This document shows, piece after piece, positions 1-12,213 of a stretch of 64,000 bases of DNA; the first letter of the stretch is position 1; each line of letters starts with the position of its first letter. The DNA is from Octopus bimaculoides (Eukaryota), in NCBI RefSeq assembly GCF_001194135.2, contig NC_068983.1:101527064-101591063 (forward strand), given 5' to 3'. Both the position numbers and the translations under genes were made by a program. A model generated the notes under the pieces. The model worked only from the letters and a program-made list of their open reading frames with translations, was not told the DNA's origin and ran no database searches.

Positions 1-225
1 ATAAGGATGATCACCAAGCACAACAAATCATTAAAACACCTTTGACAATTACTTGTGTAGTTAGTTGGGTTTCAGCTAATTTTACATGCTGAACAAAATA
101 CCAACTAGATCTTTTTAGATAGCACAAACTCTAGTGACTCAGCCAATAACTGAGACAATAGACCATGAACAGATATGGAAGTTTGCAAGTTCAGTTCATT
201 GCTAAATCATCAACTTAACTTGTAT

Positions 226-593
226 TACAGTTCTATATTTAAGAGATGAGGAATTATGTACATTATTTACATTTGACGGATATTTGTCCTCATCTTGTTT
301 GTTGTTAACACAATGTTTCAGCTGATATACCCTCCAGCCTTCATATGCCCATGGGCATATGGCATAGCGGTTAAGAGCACAGGCTACTAACTGCAAGATT
401 CTGAGTTCAATCCCAGGCAGTGACCTGAATAATAATAATAATAACATCGAAAAATATCTTAGGAATGAGAACCCAGGTTCGAAATTTCCCCAAGATACCT
501 GATGAAGGCTGGAGGGTATATCAACTGAAACATTGTGGTTAACAACAAACAAGATGAGAACAAATATCCGTCAAATGTAAAGAATGTAAATAA
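226..593 (+). mobile_element. tRNA-headed retroelement with Penelope-type hammerhead motif: inverted partial copy (226-344) plus forward copy (353-593), 11-bp TSD
   Basis: A-box TGGCATAGCGG and B-box GAGTTCAATCC; CTGATGA at 499-505 and GAAA at 527-530; direct repeat TTAACTTGTAT at 215-225 and 594-604. Confidence 0.75.
494..540 (+). ncRNA. Degenerate minimal type-I hammerhead ribozyme motif
   Basis: GATAC-CTGATGA-A-GGCTG-loop-CAACT-GAAA-CATT-GTGGT. The consensus from three copies is AACAC CTGATGA A GGCTG..CAGCC GAAA CGTT GTGTT. This copy has stem mismatches. Confidence 0.55.
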
Positions 594-863
594 TTAACTT
601 GTATACACAAGCATCATATAACTTATGAAATCTCACCGAATGACAAGTGTTTACCAAACAATAAAACTACATTAAACATCAATGTATAGTAAACACTCAT
701 CTACATCTATTTCTACTTGAACATTATCTGTCATTTCACTAAAAGAGGTGCAAATTTTGTATACAAATATTTGTTATCAGTAAAAGATTTTTTTAAATTA
801 GAAATATTAATAAAGTAACATAAAGGAATAGTTGAAACCTAACAGTTTTTGGGTTCTACACAC

Positions 864-923
864 CTGTGGGTAGGCCTGATATCCCAAGCATTGACAAAAC
901 TGGTCCGGCTGAATGGGCAAAAC
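864..923 (-). CDS. OPA1: OPA1 short hydrophobic exon (GFAHSAGPVLSMLGISGLPT, phase 1-1); the gene continues beyond the window start
   Basis: Long polypyrimidine tract ending gtccacag|GT TTT GCC...CCC ACA G|gtgtgt, 60 nt, open in the phase-1 frame. Confidence 0.65.
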
Positions 924-3900
924 CTGTGGACAGCAAACAATAGATAACAAACAAGTCAAATATAATTAACTGTATCCCTTTGAAACAGAACATTCTGGCA
1001 TTTTTTTTTTTTCAAAACAAAGACTTATCAATGGAGGATTTTGAAATTTAACAATAAATAATTAGTAAGGAAAAATTTAAGAGATATGTCTAATCTAATT
1101 CATAATTTAAATAAGTATATTAGAGAAAAGGAAAATGACAAAAAAGATTAAGGTGATAGGCTAAAATTTTTTTGTTTGAATTATTCCAATATTCAACACA
1201 ATTCTCATTCATTAGCCATTAAAATACAATTAAGAATTGCTCAATTCTTAGTAATGTATAATGAATGGAAATGTTTATACAAGATAATATGGTGACATTG
1301 AAACAAATGTAAAACTATTTAATGAGGGAAATGAGATAAATTGAAAGAAGCATGAATTGGAGACTAAGAGAAAGAGAAAACAGTAAAGGCATCATGAAAA
1401 TAAATTCCAAACTATAGTTCTCTCCACCCACAGAATTATCTTTTAAGGAAAGATATATATGGAAATCTTTCCATCCCTTCTGAATATATAGATCTCTTAT
1501 GAACTCACACCACATAAATTTAATCCTTTTGTTACCACATTTCTGTCAAAATACACTGCCCTAGTTTTAGTTCATTTTTAAAATGAGAAAGAAAATAATA
1601 GAATAGCTTTATCATTATTTTGCTAGTGTTTGGAATATTAATTGACTAGAAGGTTTTAATTTAGATCACTTTAAAACAAGAAGTTTGTATAAGAAAATTA
1701 GGTGTGGTTTCAGATGGGTAGGTATCAAAAAAGGCTAAGGAATCATTGGACATTTACAAGCAGTCTCTTTTTTACATTGGACTTGATGCCACATTTTAAG
1801 CAGTCTTGCTACTGATGGGACTCCAATAAGGAGGAGAGTTTCAACCCAGAATGCAAAGAGTGAGATCTGATACTGCAAGGTATTATGTTTGACACTAACA
1901 ATTCTACTAATCTGCTGCTCTGGACTGATGCCTTATTTATCAAACCCCAAAAGGATCAATGGTAAATGTTGACCGTTGACTTCAGTGGGATTTCAACTCA
2001 AAATACAGATGACTAGAACAAACACTACAAAGGCATTTTTTCTGATGTTCTGCCAACTCTGCCAATTTGCAGTTGCTAAAGATAAACTGATATCTAAAAG
2101 GAGAATGGAAATGGCAAGAGAAAATCTACTAGAAAACATTGGATATTAACAGAAGACTTTAGCACTCATTAAAAATCTAGAATTATATTCTAACTAGACT
2201 ACATCCATAATTCATAGAGTTCAAGTTAGAAATGAAAGAAGTAGAAAAAGAAAATGTCTTTGATAAGAGAAATCCATTTGTGAGTGATCCGTTCCAAAAA
2301 CAAAGAATGAAGGAACTGGTAATAGGTTATAACCTCAAGATAAATCATCACAGTATAGATGCAATTTAGAGGATAAAATGTATTTTAATGGAAATATTTT
2401 ATTTGGACAGTTCTCTTTAAGTATTTCCTATACTCTATCATAAAACAAAATTTCAATTGATGCACCTGGAGTCAAGTATCTGACAAAGTTCATACAAGAA
2501 CAAACAAGACTCAACATATTTAGGAACACTCCCAGTTCTCCGTCGTTTTGTTTCATATTTTGAACCAATATCAATTAGTAGATAATAAAAGCCACTTTAT
2601 TTTTGAAAATATACAGCTTTCAAATCATTTGACAATTATTGATGCTGATCAAAAGCTGTCACAAATTTGTTTCATAAGGAATAATAGTAATCGTATCATA
2701 GACACAAGGACTTGTATATACAACAACAACAACAAAAAAAAGAAAAAAACATTCATATAAGACACAAACAAAACTAAAAACATCCACCTTGAACTCTTAA
2801 AATTTGTAATACATAGAATAAAGCTATCCTTTTAAAAATGGGAGGGTGATAACTTATAGTTTGATATATTAAGAAGAAAAACAAATTAAGATGATTTTGA
2901 AAATAGTCAATAAATTAGTTCCTCTCAATGCAAAACCACTGAGTCTACTAACCAAACAAATTAATGGCAAAAATTTAGGGAAATTATGTTTTATCAGAGC
3001 AATAGAATTAATGGAAGTTGAAAAACAAATATCTGAAAGGGAAAATGCACATTATTTACAGTGTTGGAGTAAAAGCCGTGAAGTGTTAGAGAAAAGCTGC
3101 TAGAAGCCTGAACCATACTAACAGAGAAATGTTACTAAAAGATTGCTAAGGCAATTATAACAAGTGTCTAAATGGACTAAAAAAACTAAAAGCAAAAGAA
3201 AGATTCAAGTTGAAAAAAATTTGGAAATTTAACTGTTAACTTAACATCAAATACTTTGGATGTTTCCAATTTGGAGAGTCATTGAAATTACATTTAGTAC
3301 TTTGAAGAATACAAACTATAAGCCAACTAATGGCTCTACAACAAAAGAGCTGGATTTTATTGTAGAAGTTGAAGAGTAGTGTAATGACTCACAGTCTTTA
3401 ATGAAACTTTCATCTCTCCAGAATGTATTTAACTAAATAAGTTCCGATGGCAATACAGGAGCAAATATTAAAAGTCTGGAGCAAGTTTGGCATGAGTTAT
3501 TGAGCTATCATCTCTTCATTTGACGACTTCATTCAGTTCAGTCAAGTTGGCTCAACTTAGTTCACTTTTCTAGTATTACAAAAAGAATCTATTTGTGCAA
3601 AAAAATCTATGATTAAAGCATACCACTCTATATTAATAAAACTTAGATTCTTACCTTTAATTTGAAATATCTATGAATGCATTGGCAATTATAAACACTG
3701 AAATGTTCTTCTAACCTAAGAGGTAAGCCATAAGTTACAGAACTAATAAATCTATAAGATGAGGAAAAAACTGCAGAAACTACAAATGCAAATCCACATG
3801 CAATGGAACCACAAAAACACAGATGAGCAAATGTTTGATAAAATACTTATTACAAAGAAATCATCACTTACTCTGTATGTATGTGTGTGTGTGTATTATA

Positions 3901-6019
3901 TTGCTTAGTGTTCCAGTATTAAAAGTATCATTTAAACAAAATATCTAATGCGGGATGAAAAATATGGTTGAGAACAAAAACAATTAAAAATTTAATATTA
4001 CACAAAAGAAAAGAAGATTGTTCAGAACATTTTCTAGAACTGAAAAACTTACAAACTGAAGAAACAGTCAGAATCACTCACCCCTTGTCTCCCATTCACT
4101 ACATCCATGCCTCAAACCTACCCAACCACTACAGTCATCACCTACTCTTCCTTACCTTCCTTCCAACATACTTACCATTCAACATTGCTCTTCATTTGTT
4201 ATATTCAACCCATTACTCATGCCCCATCTCTAATTATTCTTAACTCTCCCCATATACTCTTGCAAACTTTACTCACCCACACTCTCTGTTCTTCTGTCTC
4301 CACTCATTTCTTCTCACCTCACATCTTGAGGATCCACTCTGACCTCCACATCACTATTATTTTCTCTCTCTTTCCAGCTCCACCCGTTACTCCCACCCTC
4401 TCTTCTATAAAGTGAATAGACATGTTGCTCCTGTACAACAAGAAACCTATTCTGTACTTTCATATTTTAACCACTCATCTCCTAGCATAAAACCACTTTC
4501 TTCTCCCGTAGCCCCAATCAGTTAAAGGAAATATTAGTCTTGCAAGCCACATGGTGACCTCACTAGTACTGATGCTACAAAAAGCACTTAGTACACTATA
4601 TAAAGATGTTAATGTTAAGAAAGGTATCCAGCCAAAGAAACCATGCCAAAGCAGACACAGGTACACGATAGTCCTTGGACTCATTGGATCCATCCAACCC
4701 ATGTCAGCATGGATGTTGGACATAGAAAAAGATGATGATGAGATGATGATGAATCAAATACATAACTAACTGACAGCAAGAATTTACAGTAAATAGTTAT
4801 AAAATCTTATTTATCAATAAAATATTCGGGTTTTTGTCAGATATGCAAAAACAAAACATCAACAAATCAATTCTAGGAACAAGGATATTCAATGTATACA
4901 GTGAATTGAAGAGGAAAATTTCAAGTTATTTTAGGAGACTAAACTAAGCATGTAGGAAAATAAAAGCAAAGGGAATTAGAATAACTAAGAATGCAGCAGC
5001 CAAGCAGGCAAACAGTTGCTCTAGCATCCATGCTCAAAACAGCCAAGTAGGACAGACATTGTACAACATTACTCACTTAAAAATAGTTAGAACTGAAAAC
5101 TTTACCAATTGTAAATAAGAATTTCTTTAGATTAGGCACAAGACCCAATTTTTTGTGAGGGAGGAGTATAGTCGATTGAATCGACCCCAAAATATTACTG
5201 GTACTTATTTTATCAACCCAAAAGGAATGAAAGGTAAAGTTGACCCAGGGCAAAATTTGAACTCAGAACAGGGAGATACCAAACTAGTTACCGTAAAGCA
5301 TCCAGCCTGGTGTCTACTGTCTCAGCTGTCTCCAACATTTTTCTTTTTTACTGGAAAATATTAATTAATCAAAATAACTGATAAATCTTAAAATATCATA
5401 AATATACATTGCAATGAATATATATCTATCAGGAGAATACCGTCATTTTCAAAAAAAATCCTCATATTTTAAAATATCCCAAGTTCACTTGAGAAGTTCA
5501 AAGTCCAATTGAAATGTTTTACACTTCCTATAAAGAATTTATGTAGATTGTTTTTGAAATACTAAAATATATTACTGTTAGTTGCTTTCACTAATAACAG
5601 ATACCAAACTTATGAGATTTGAGGCATTTATCAATTGTAGAACATGAAAATAGCAATCACTTCGTAGATTTAGTCTTAATCATTAGCAGTGATAGAAATC
5701 AGAGATTATTTACTCTCTTACTAATTTCAGTCATCCAGCTGTCACCATGATAAGGCTTAAACAATTTCATACAGCATTTAAGAATCCAAGATGACCACCC
5801 ATCCAAGCTAGACTCAACACTGTTTAACTTCAGGGACCAGACAGATTTCATGTTTTCAGTATAATAAAGTCATACATATAGTTTATACCGATTTATTAAT
5901 GTTTGAAATCTTTAATGGAGGTTTTCTTTATTTATAAAGTTGGTGTTCAATCTTTATTTGTTGGGAAATTTCTATCAAGGTTTACTTGTCCTTGATAAAC
6001 CTTCTTGAGACCTTTTTAA

Positions 6020-6237
6020 CCCTTTAGCATTTAAACCAACCATATCCAGCCCAAATATTTTACCTGTTCTATGCTCAAACTGGTCTGATCATACCACTCA
6101 CACCTACCCTAAAATGTCATTCTACAAATAAACAATCACATCAAAATCTCAAAGCTAGAAGATAATGCATGATTAATTCAAAACAATGTATATAAATAAG
6201 CATTACATTTGATAAAAATCATCTGAATGCTAAAGGG
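6020..6237. mobile_element. piggyBac-like MITE, second family
   Basis: TTAA|CCCTTTAGCATT...AATGCTAAAGGG. Homologous to copies at 34594, 35020 and 62230-62379. Confidence 0.75.
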
Positions 6238-6826
6238 CGAAACATAAATCCAAGAAACTATTGTCTTTCAAAATAAATCTTATCACTTAGTTTCTTACAA
6301 TCCTCCCCAATACAGAATTATATTCTTTTACTAATTTCAGTCATTGGATTGTGGCCATGTAAAGGTACCCCTTCCTAAAATGTAGTTAATTACAATACAA
6401 GTAAATATTTTATCAATTTTGGAAGAGTCAAAGCAAAGTACACCTGATAAGGATTTGAACTTCTCAAGTGGTTAATGAGTTTTTACATATTTTCCAACGT
6501 TTTCTTTCTTTTTTATAACTAAATAACGATGTCATGCACATTTGAGAATTTTAAAATACAGAGAATTTAATTTATGATGAAAATGAGAACTCCACTGACA
6601 GATCAATTTTTCTTTAAGCAAGTAGTAGCAAGCTGTACAAATGGCTGAGCCTAATTTTGCCAATACTGTGAGAAAACAGCCAAGAGAAGTTTAATTTCTT
6701 CTGAGATAAAAATGAGAAATCCTTTCAAGACTAAAGTAGCTGATTGTGATCAACACCGAAAAATCCAACTGGGCTATTTTAAGCATTCTAGACTTTTAAA
6801 ATAAGGACTTAAAAACAACGATCTAC

Positions 6827-7312
6827 CCAATATATCATTTGGTACTGGATAGTTGGGAGGCCCTTTAGCTTCCATACTGGCCATTTCCCTATTAATTTTC
6901 TCCTCCTCCTCTTGCATATCAGTAGAGATCAGATCAATACTAGTTGTAGCATCAACTTCCAAATCATTTACAGTGCTATCACTGATAGAAATAGGATCAA
7001 GCTCTGAGATCATTTCATTGTCTCCAAGAACCTCCCTAGCTTCAGCTTCAGCACATATATCTAACATTTCTTTGCGCTCAGAAATTTCATTAATATTTTC
7101 AGCAAGAATATCTACAGATTCTTTTGGACTGATATTCTCAAGAGTATCGGTAGCTGTCAGGTCTTCAGTACCTAGGACTTGCTTCTCTTCAATTCCCAGA
7201 AAATCTTTAAATGATTTATTTCCATTTCCTAGGAAGTCTTTGATTTTTTTTTCACCAGTTCCAAAGTAGTCTTTGATACTACCAATATCAATGGCAAATG
7301 TATCAGGCATGT
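6827..7312 (-). CDS. OPA1: OPA1 large acidic exon (162 codons, phase 1-1)
   Basis: cttttgcag|AC ATG CCT...ATA TTG G|gtagat, 486 nt, inside the 214-aa ORF 6774-7418. The acceptor phase matches the upstream exon; the donor position is less certain. Confidence 0.75.
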
Positions 7313-7643
7313 CTGCAAAAGAACAATTTTGATTGAAGTTAATAAACAACAAGAAATAAGAACAAAGTGTCAAATGTACAGTAAATATTCTTGCTTTTAA
7401 AACATTAGATATTGACATCTAATTACCACAGTAAAGTATGACAACAATTATAGTTTTTATATAAATTATTATACTTTCCTATTTTTAATTAGAAGATACA
7501 ATATTTGTGAAATCAAATCAAATTCAAAAGGCTTAGTTTATTTATTTTTATTTTATTTAGTTTGCAACGCTAACTTGACTACAAACTTAGAATTTTACAG
7601 TCTAAAGTAAAAGATGTCAAAGTGAACATGAAAAGTACTATAC

Positions 7644-7737
7644 CTGGAGTTGAACGATCAAAAGACGTTTGGTCCATTTCCTCAAACATGATTTCAGCAG
7701 ATGGTAAATTTTTAAGGTTGTCCTCATTCAAAAATTC
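7644..7737 (-). CDS. OPA1: OPA1 coding exon 4 (EFLNEDNLKNLPSAEIMFEEMDQTSFDRSTP)
   Basis: gttatag|GAA...CCA G|gtatag, 94 nt, phase 0-1. Open in the frame required by its neighbours. Confidence 0.8.
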
Positions 7738-9083
7738 CTATAACAACAGCAACAGAATTAGTTAAATCCAAACCCAGATAAAGATATATTTTCCAGCATA
7801 TAAGTTGGATTTTTCACATGAAAACTTACAACTACACAAAAAAAGAAAAAGACAGGTCCATTTACACAAGACAATTGTGAAATACAGCAAGATTTAGAAA
7901 GATAGTGTCAATATTTGAATGCTTACACTACAAATTTTCACTATGTATGACATTGTCTTGTATGCTTGAAAATACACTAATAAAAAACAAAAATAATTTA
8001 ACATTTCACTGTTTGCACTTAATTTTTACTGGAGAGAAAATAATGTCAATATGTTTGTCAGAAATTGTTACCAACACTGTCAATAATTAAAAAAAAGCCA
8101 ATGACAACATGGTTTTCTTGGTTTGATCATTAAAGGTACCCACAGAAAAGAAAGAATGGAGAAAACATAGGCAGAAATGGTGAGTTTGATCTCAGAATGC
8201 TGAGCTTCAGACATGATAACACAGAATTAAGATAAATTGTAATAAGTTGTACAGCACACCTGTTCAAACCATGACAAAAAAATATTTTAAGAAAGAGGTT
8301 TGAGTAATCATCATTATCATCAACATCATTTAATGTCTTGCCTTTACATGCTTGTATGAGTCATAGGAAATTTGTTTAGGCAGATTTAAAGTCAGATGCC
8401 CTTCCTGTTGCCAACCCTTACTCGTTTCCAAGCAAGGTAATATTTCCCATGTTCAGACATGTTCCTAGAGAATATGTTGCTTGTATGACAGTGATGCTCA
8501 TTTACAACCATCATGTAATGTCCAGATAAGGGAACATAGACAAAAAAAAATATACACACACACACACACAACAGATATCTTTCAATTTCTGTCAATGAAA
8601 TCCACTCAAAGTCTTTGGTCTGCTCAAAGATAAAGTAGAATACACTTGCTCAAGGTGCCACTCAGATTGACTGAAACTGAAACCACAAGGTTGGGAAGCA
8701 AACTTCTTAATCACACAGCCATGCCAAATATTTTTTGTCAATGAATGAATGGCTGAGTGTCTAAAATTAAATTACAGAACAGTAAATTAATCTCAGTATT
8801 TTGAGCGGGCTACCCCAACAATGCTGATGCTCTGAAGTCTTGATAAAAAGACCAATATTGTTTCTGAGTTTTTAGTGAGCTTTGGGGGGGAGGGGGCTCC
8901 TAACTGTATAGCATTGCTACCTTTTAGTAATATTATGGTTTCACATAATTCTGTCTGTTGCTAATTTGGAAAAGTCAGATTCTTAGAAAGTTATAATTTT
9001 TTTTTTAAACATACATGTAATGTGATTTCATTTTTTTAAATGTGTGAATAACAAGTATGAAACCAATTAAGCTTTCAACTTAC

Positions 9084-9224
9084 CAACTCAGGCAGTTTAA
9101 TCTGAGAGGTTTGCTCTCGAAATGAAGCAGTTAATTCTTTCATCTTGTCAATATGTTCCTGTTTTGGCAAATAATCATGTAGCCAACTAGTATCTGGAAG
9201 CTGATCTTTGAATTCTTCATATTT
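9084..9224 (-). CDS. OPA1: OPA1 coding exon 3 (KYEEFKDQLPDTSWLHDYLPKQEHIDKMKELTASFREQTSQIKLPEL)
   Basis: tttcag|AAA...TTG|gtaagt, 141 nt, phase 0-0. Resembles OPA1 [21 protein letters not shown]. Confidence 0.9.
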
Positions 9225-9841
9225 CTGAAAGGAAAAAAAAAAAGATTAAAAAAGCAAAACAGATTACACATACCATCATGATTGTCATCATTGTCTTTCA
9301 TGCTAGCATGGGTTGGACAGTTTAATAGGAACCAATGAGCCAAAAGATTGTGTTGAGCTCCAATATCTTCTTTGGCATAGTTTCTACAGTTAGATGCCCT
9401 TCCTAATGTCAAACACTTTACAGAGTGTACAGTATAGAGAGTTTTATAGAGCTGTACATTATATTAGAGGTTTAATATGACATTTTTATTTAAATCAATA
9501 ACTTCTGTTTCAACAACATGACAGAGGAACTAAAACAGGCATAGGCAGCCGTTTTGAAGATGCAGGCTGCATGAGACATGGCTCATCATCAGGCAAGTCA
9601 CACTACTAAATAATCTATGGTAATTTTTCATTAGTATGCCATTCAGAAAGTCCCATAGAGTGCAGTTTTCCCATGACTGAAATTAAAGGTAGAAAGACCT
9701 AGAGTTGCTGATAATGACTGCAATCTTTAGTTTTCCTGAAGCTATAGTAGGAAACCCTTACCCAAGCTGGTAGTGGGACTAAACCTGAAACTACTTGGTT
9801 GTGAAGCAAACTTCTTAACCATATAACTGTGCCTATGCTTA

Positions 9842-9907
<66 letters not shown>

Positions 9908-11076
9908 CATACATACATATCATTTTATGCCAGATTTCTATGCCTGGGACTGCTTCTAGCCCTACAATGCAAACTTGATGTTTTAAAAAAATCTATATCA
10001 AAACCTATCAAAATTTCAATTTATGTTAAAAAAAAAACTTAACAACAAAGTGTTTTTACTAAATTTTTCATTCTTTAAAAATGAAGGCAGAGTAATTCAA
10101 CAGAAATATGGTAACAAAAGGGTTAATCAACTTAAGCATAAAATGGTATGAAATAAACTGAAATAGTTCAGCCTGAATGGAATAGTTAATGATCTCAGTA
10201 AGAACTAGTGATAAAAATCTGGATTGGTGAGTGAGAAGTGAAAATGACTTCATTCTTTGTAGCAGAAACTTCAGTTTGTTCACAAATTAGTTAATTATGG
10301 GAATGTGAAACATCATTAAATCATTATGGCAATTCAGTAGCTTAGTTTTGAGGCTTCTGTCTTAAGCTCAATACACAGATTTTAAGTACACCATATCTAT
10401 TAAAGGAACTACAATCTAAAACATTTACGTACAGTTTTCTTTGTCACGGATGGTTATAAAAACTTAAATATTCTTTCAGATTGTAAAAACAAAAGTGAAG
10501 TCTTTCCATAATCCAAAGGGTAGGCAATTTGTCTTTAGTAAATTGAGACATGTGAAATCATGTATTTTGCCTAAAATCACAACAAAATGACCATATTCAT
10601 CATCATCACTTAACATCCATTTTCCATGCTGGCATGGGTTGGATGATTTGACAGGAGCTGGCCCGCTGAAGAACTGCCTGGGTTCCATGTCTGTTCTGGC
10701 ATGGTTTCTATGACTGGATGCCCTTCCTAATGCCAACCACTTCACAGAGTGTACTGAGTGCATTTACGCAGCACTGGTATGGGCGCTTTTACATGACACT
10801 GGCATCGGTGCTTTTTACATAGCATCAGTGCCATGGGCCCGCAAGATTAGGGATTGCTCAACTGAAAAGGGATGTGGGGGGCATGCCTGTATGCAAAGAC
10901 AACCACAATTTTAATTTGCTTGACATGTCTTCACAAGCACAGCAAACTGCCGGAAGTCTCTAAACCATTATTCCAGCATCTTAAGCATTTAGCAGCTGGT
11001 CGCATATGCACAAGTTGATCATTTATTCTTTTAAAAGAGAAAAAGAACAAAAAAAAGCATTTTCATGCAAACTTAC

Positions 11077-11425
11077 TTTTGAGATAGTATAGCCTCCACC
11101 AATTGTTCCACCAACAAGTATATACCGCACTTTCAAAAGACGGCCTGCAATTCTAATAATGATGCCTATCTGTCGAGAACTTGAAACAGCAACTGGTTTA
11201 GACACTCGAAGAAGAGGTTTGAAAACCATCTGCTGAGAGTACAAATTTCCATGAAGGCTACGAGACAAAATAGGATGGCAAACGATTCTGAGTGATCCCA
11301 GTAATCTGATGGAATGAAGAGGCTTTACATATGCAGGTTTCATAGTGGCATGTGCAACAGTTGAAAAGCATTTTTTATTTGTAATACTATTGACAGCCTT
11401 ACGAACACATCTTTCACACCATGGG
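11077..11425 (-). CDS. OPA1: OPA1 coding exon 2 (presequence and N-terminal transmembrane anchor)
   Basis: ttttgtag|C...TCA AAA|gtaagt, 349 nt. Encodes ...IIRIAGRLLKVRYILVGGTIGGGYTISK, matching OPA1 [22 protein letters not shown]. Confidence 0.93.
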
Positions 11426-11637
11426 CTACAAAATAGAAATAGTGACATTTAGAGCAATATTTAAAAAATATGAATTGATAGAATATTACATGCAAATTTC
11501 TTTAAACAAGATGGAAGACAATTTATCGTTATACTTAGTGAACATTCATTTTATATCAACTTTTGAAACACAGCAGTCCATTAAGATATCTGCCTCATAG
11601 AAGCAGCTTCTTTAATAGCTAACAACAACTGGTTTAA

Positions 11638-11857
11638 CCCTTTTGTTACCAAGCTGGCTGAGGCTGGCTCTGGCTCTGAGTACAAATGTCTTGTTTTCAT
11701 AAGTTTTGAATTAAAATGTTCCACCAAACCTTAGTCACAGTTTATGTTCCTAACACTAGCTGAATGATAACTAAGTTATTTTACTAAATTCATTCTTATA
11801 TTTAAAATAATTGAAAGAAACACAGAGAATCTCAAAATAGATACAATAACGAAAGGG
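11638..11857. mobile_element. piggyBac-like MITE
   Basis: TTAA|CCCTTTTGTTA...TAACGAAAGGG|TTAA. Confidence 0.8.
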
Positions 11858-11910
11858 TTAATTAAACCCATTAAAAATGTTAAAATCTGTTCACATCTAA
11901 AATTCTAAAC

Positions 11911-12213
11911 CAGTGTTTGTCAACCAGGGTCCATATAAGATTTTTGGAGTTCCATGCAAACAAAATAGTAAATTGGGGATCCACAATATTTTAAGAGTCC
12001 ATGAAAAAATTTTGCTTTAAATGTATTTATCACAAGAAACAGGTTTCTTGCTCTAATGTTTTACATAGTTCAACCAATACAAGTTGATGTGTACAAAGTG
12101 AAAGAGGAATTTTGAAGTAAGTATCGATAAAACTAGTTTTTAAACATCAAATGACTACAGAATGTAACTGCAATGAAAGGGGTCCATAGACAAAGAATGG
12201 TTGAGAACCACTC
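11911..12213. mobile_element. hAT (Charlie-like) MITE
   Basis: Imperfect TIRs CAGTGTTTGTCAACC / GGTTGAGAACCACTC; 8-bp TSD TTCTAAAC at 11903-11910 and 12214-12221. Confidence 0.8.

Noticed and set aside
353-425. tRNA gene
   Set aside because: It has A/B boxes but no closed cloverleaf and runs into a repeat body, so it is a SINE head. The same applies to the other tRNA-like heads.
202-552. 116-aa minus-strand ORF
   Set aside because: It lies wholly within the non-coding hammerhead-motif retroelement.
3655-3715. Candidate OPA1 exon with AG acceptor and GTAAG donor
   Set aside because: None of the possible acceptors (61, 56, 43 or 16 nt exons) keeps the phase 1-1 frame, and there is no OPA1 similarity.
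5498-5536. Possible 39-nt phase 1-1 OPA1 exon (GSVKHFNWTLNFS)
   Set aside because: The donor (gtgaac) is weak and there is no homology support.
6853-7269. 138-aa plus-strand ORF
   Set aside because: It is the antisense shadow of the OPA1 acidic exon.
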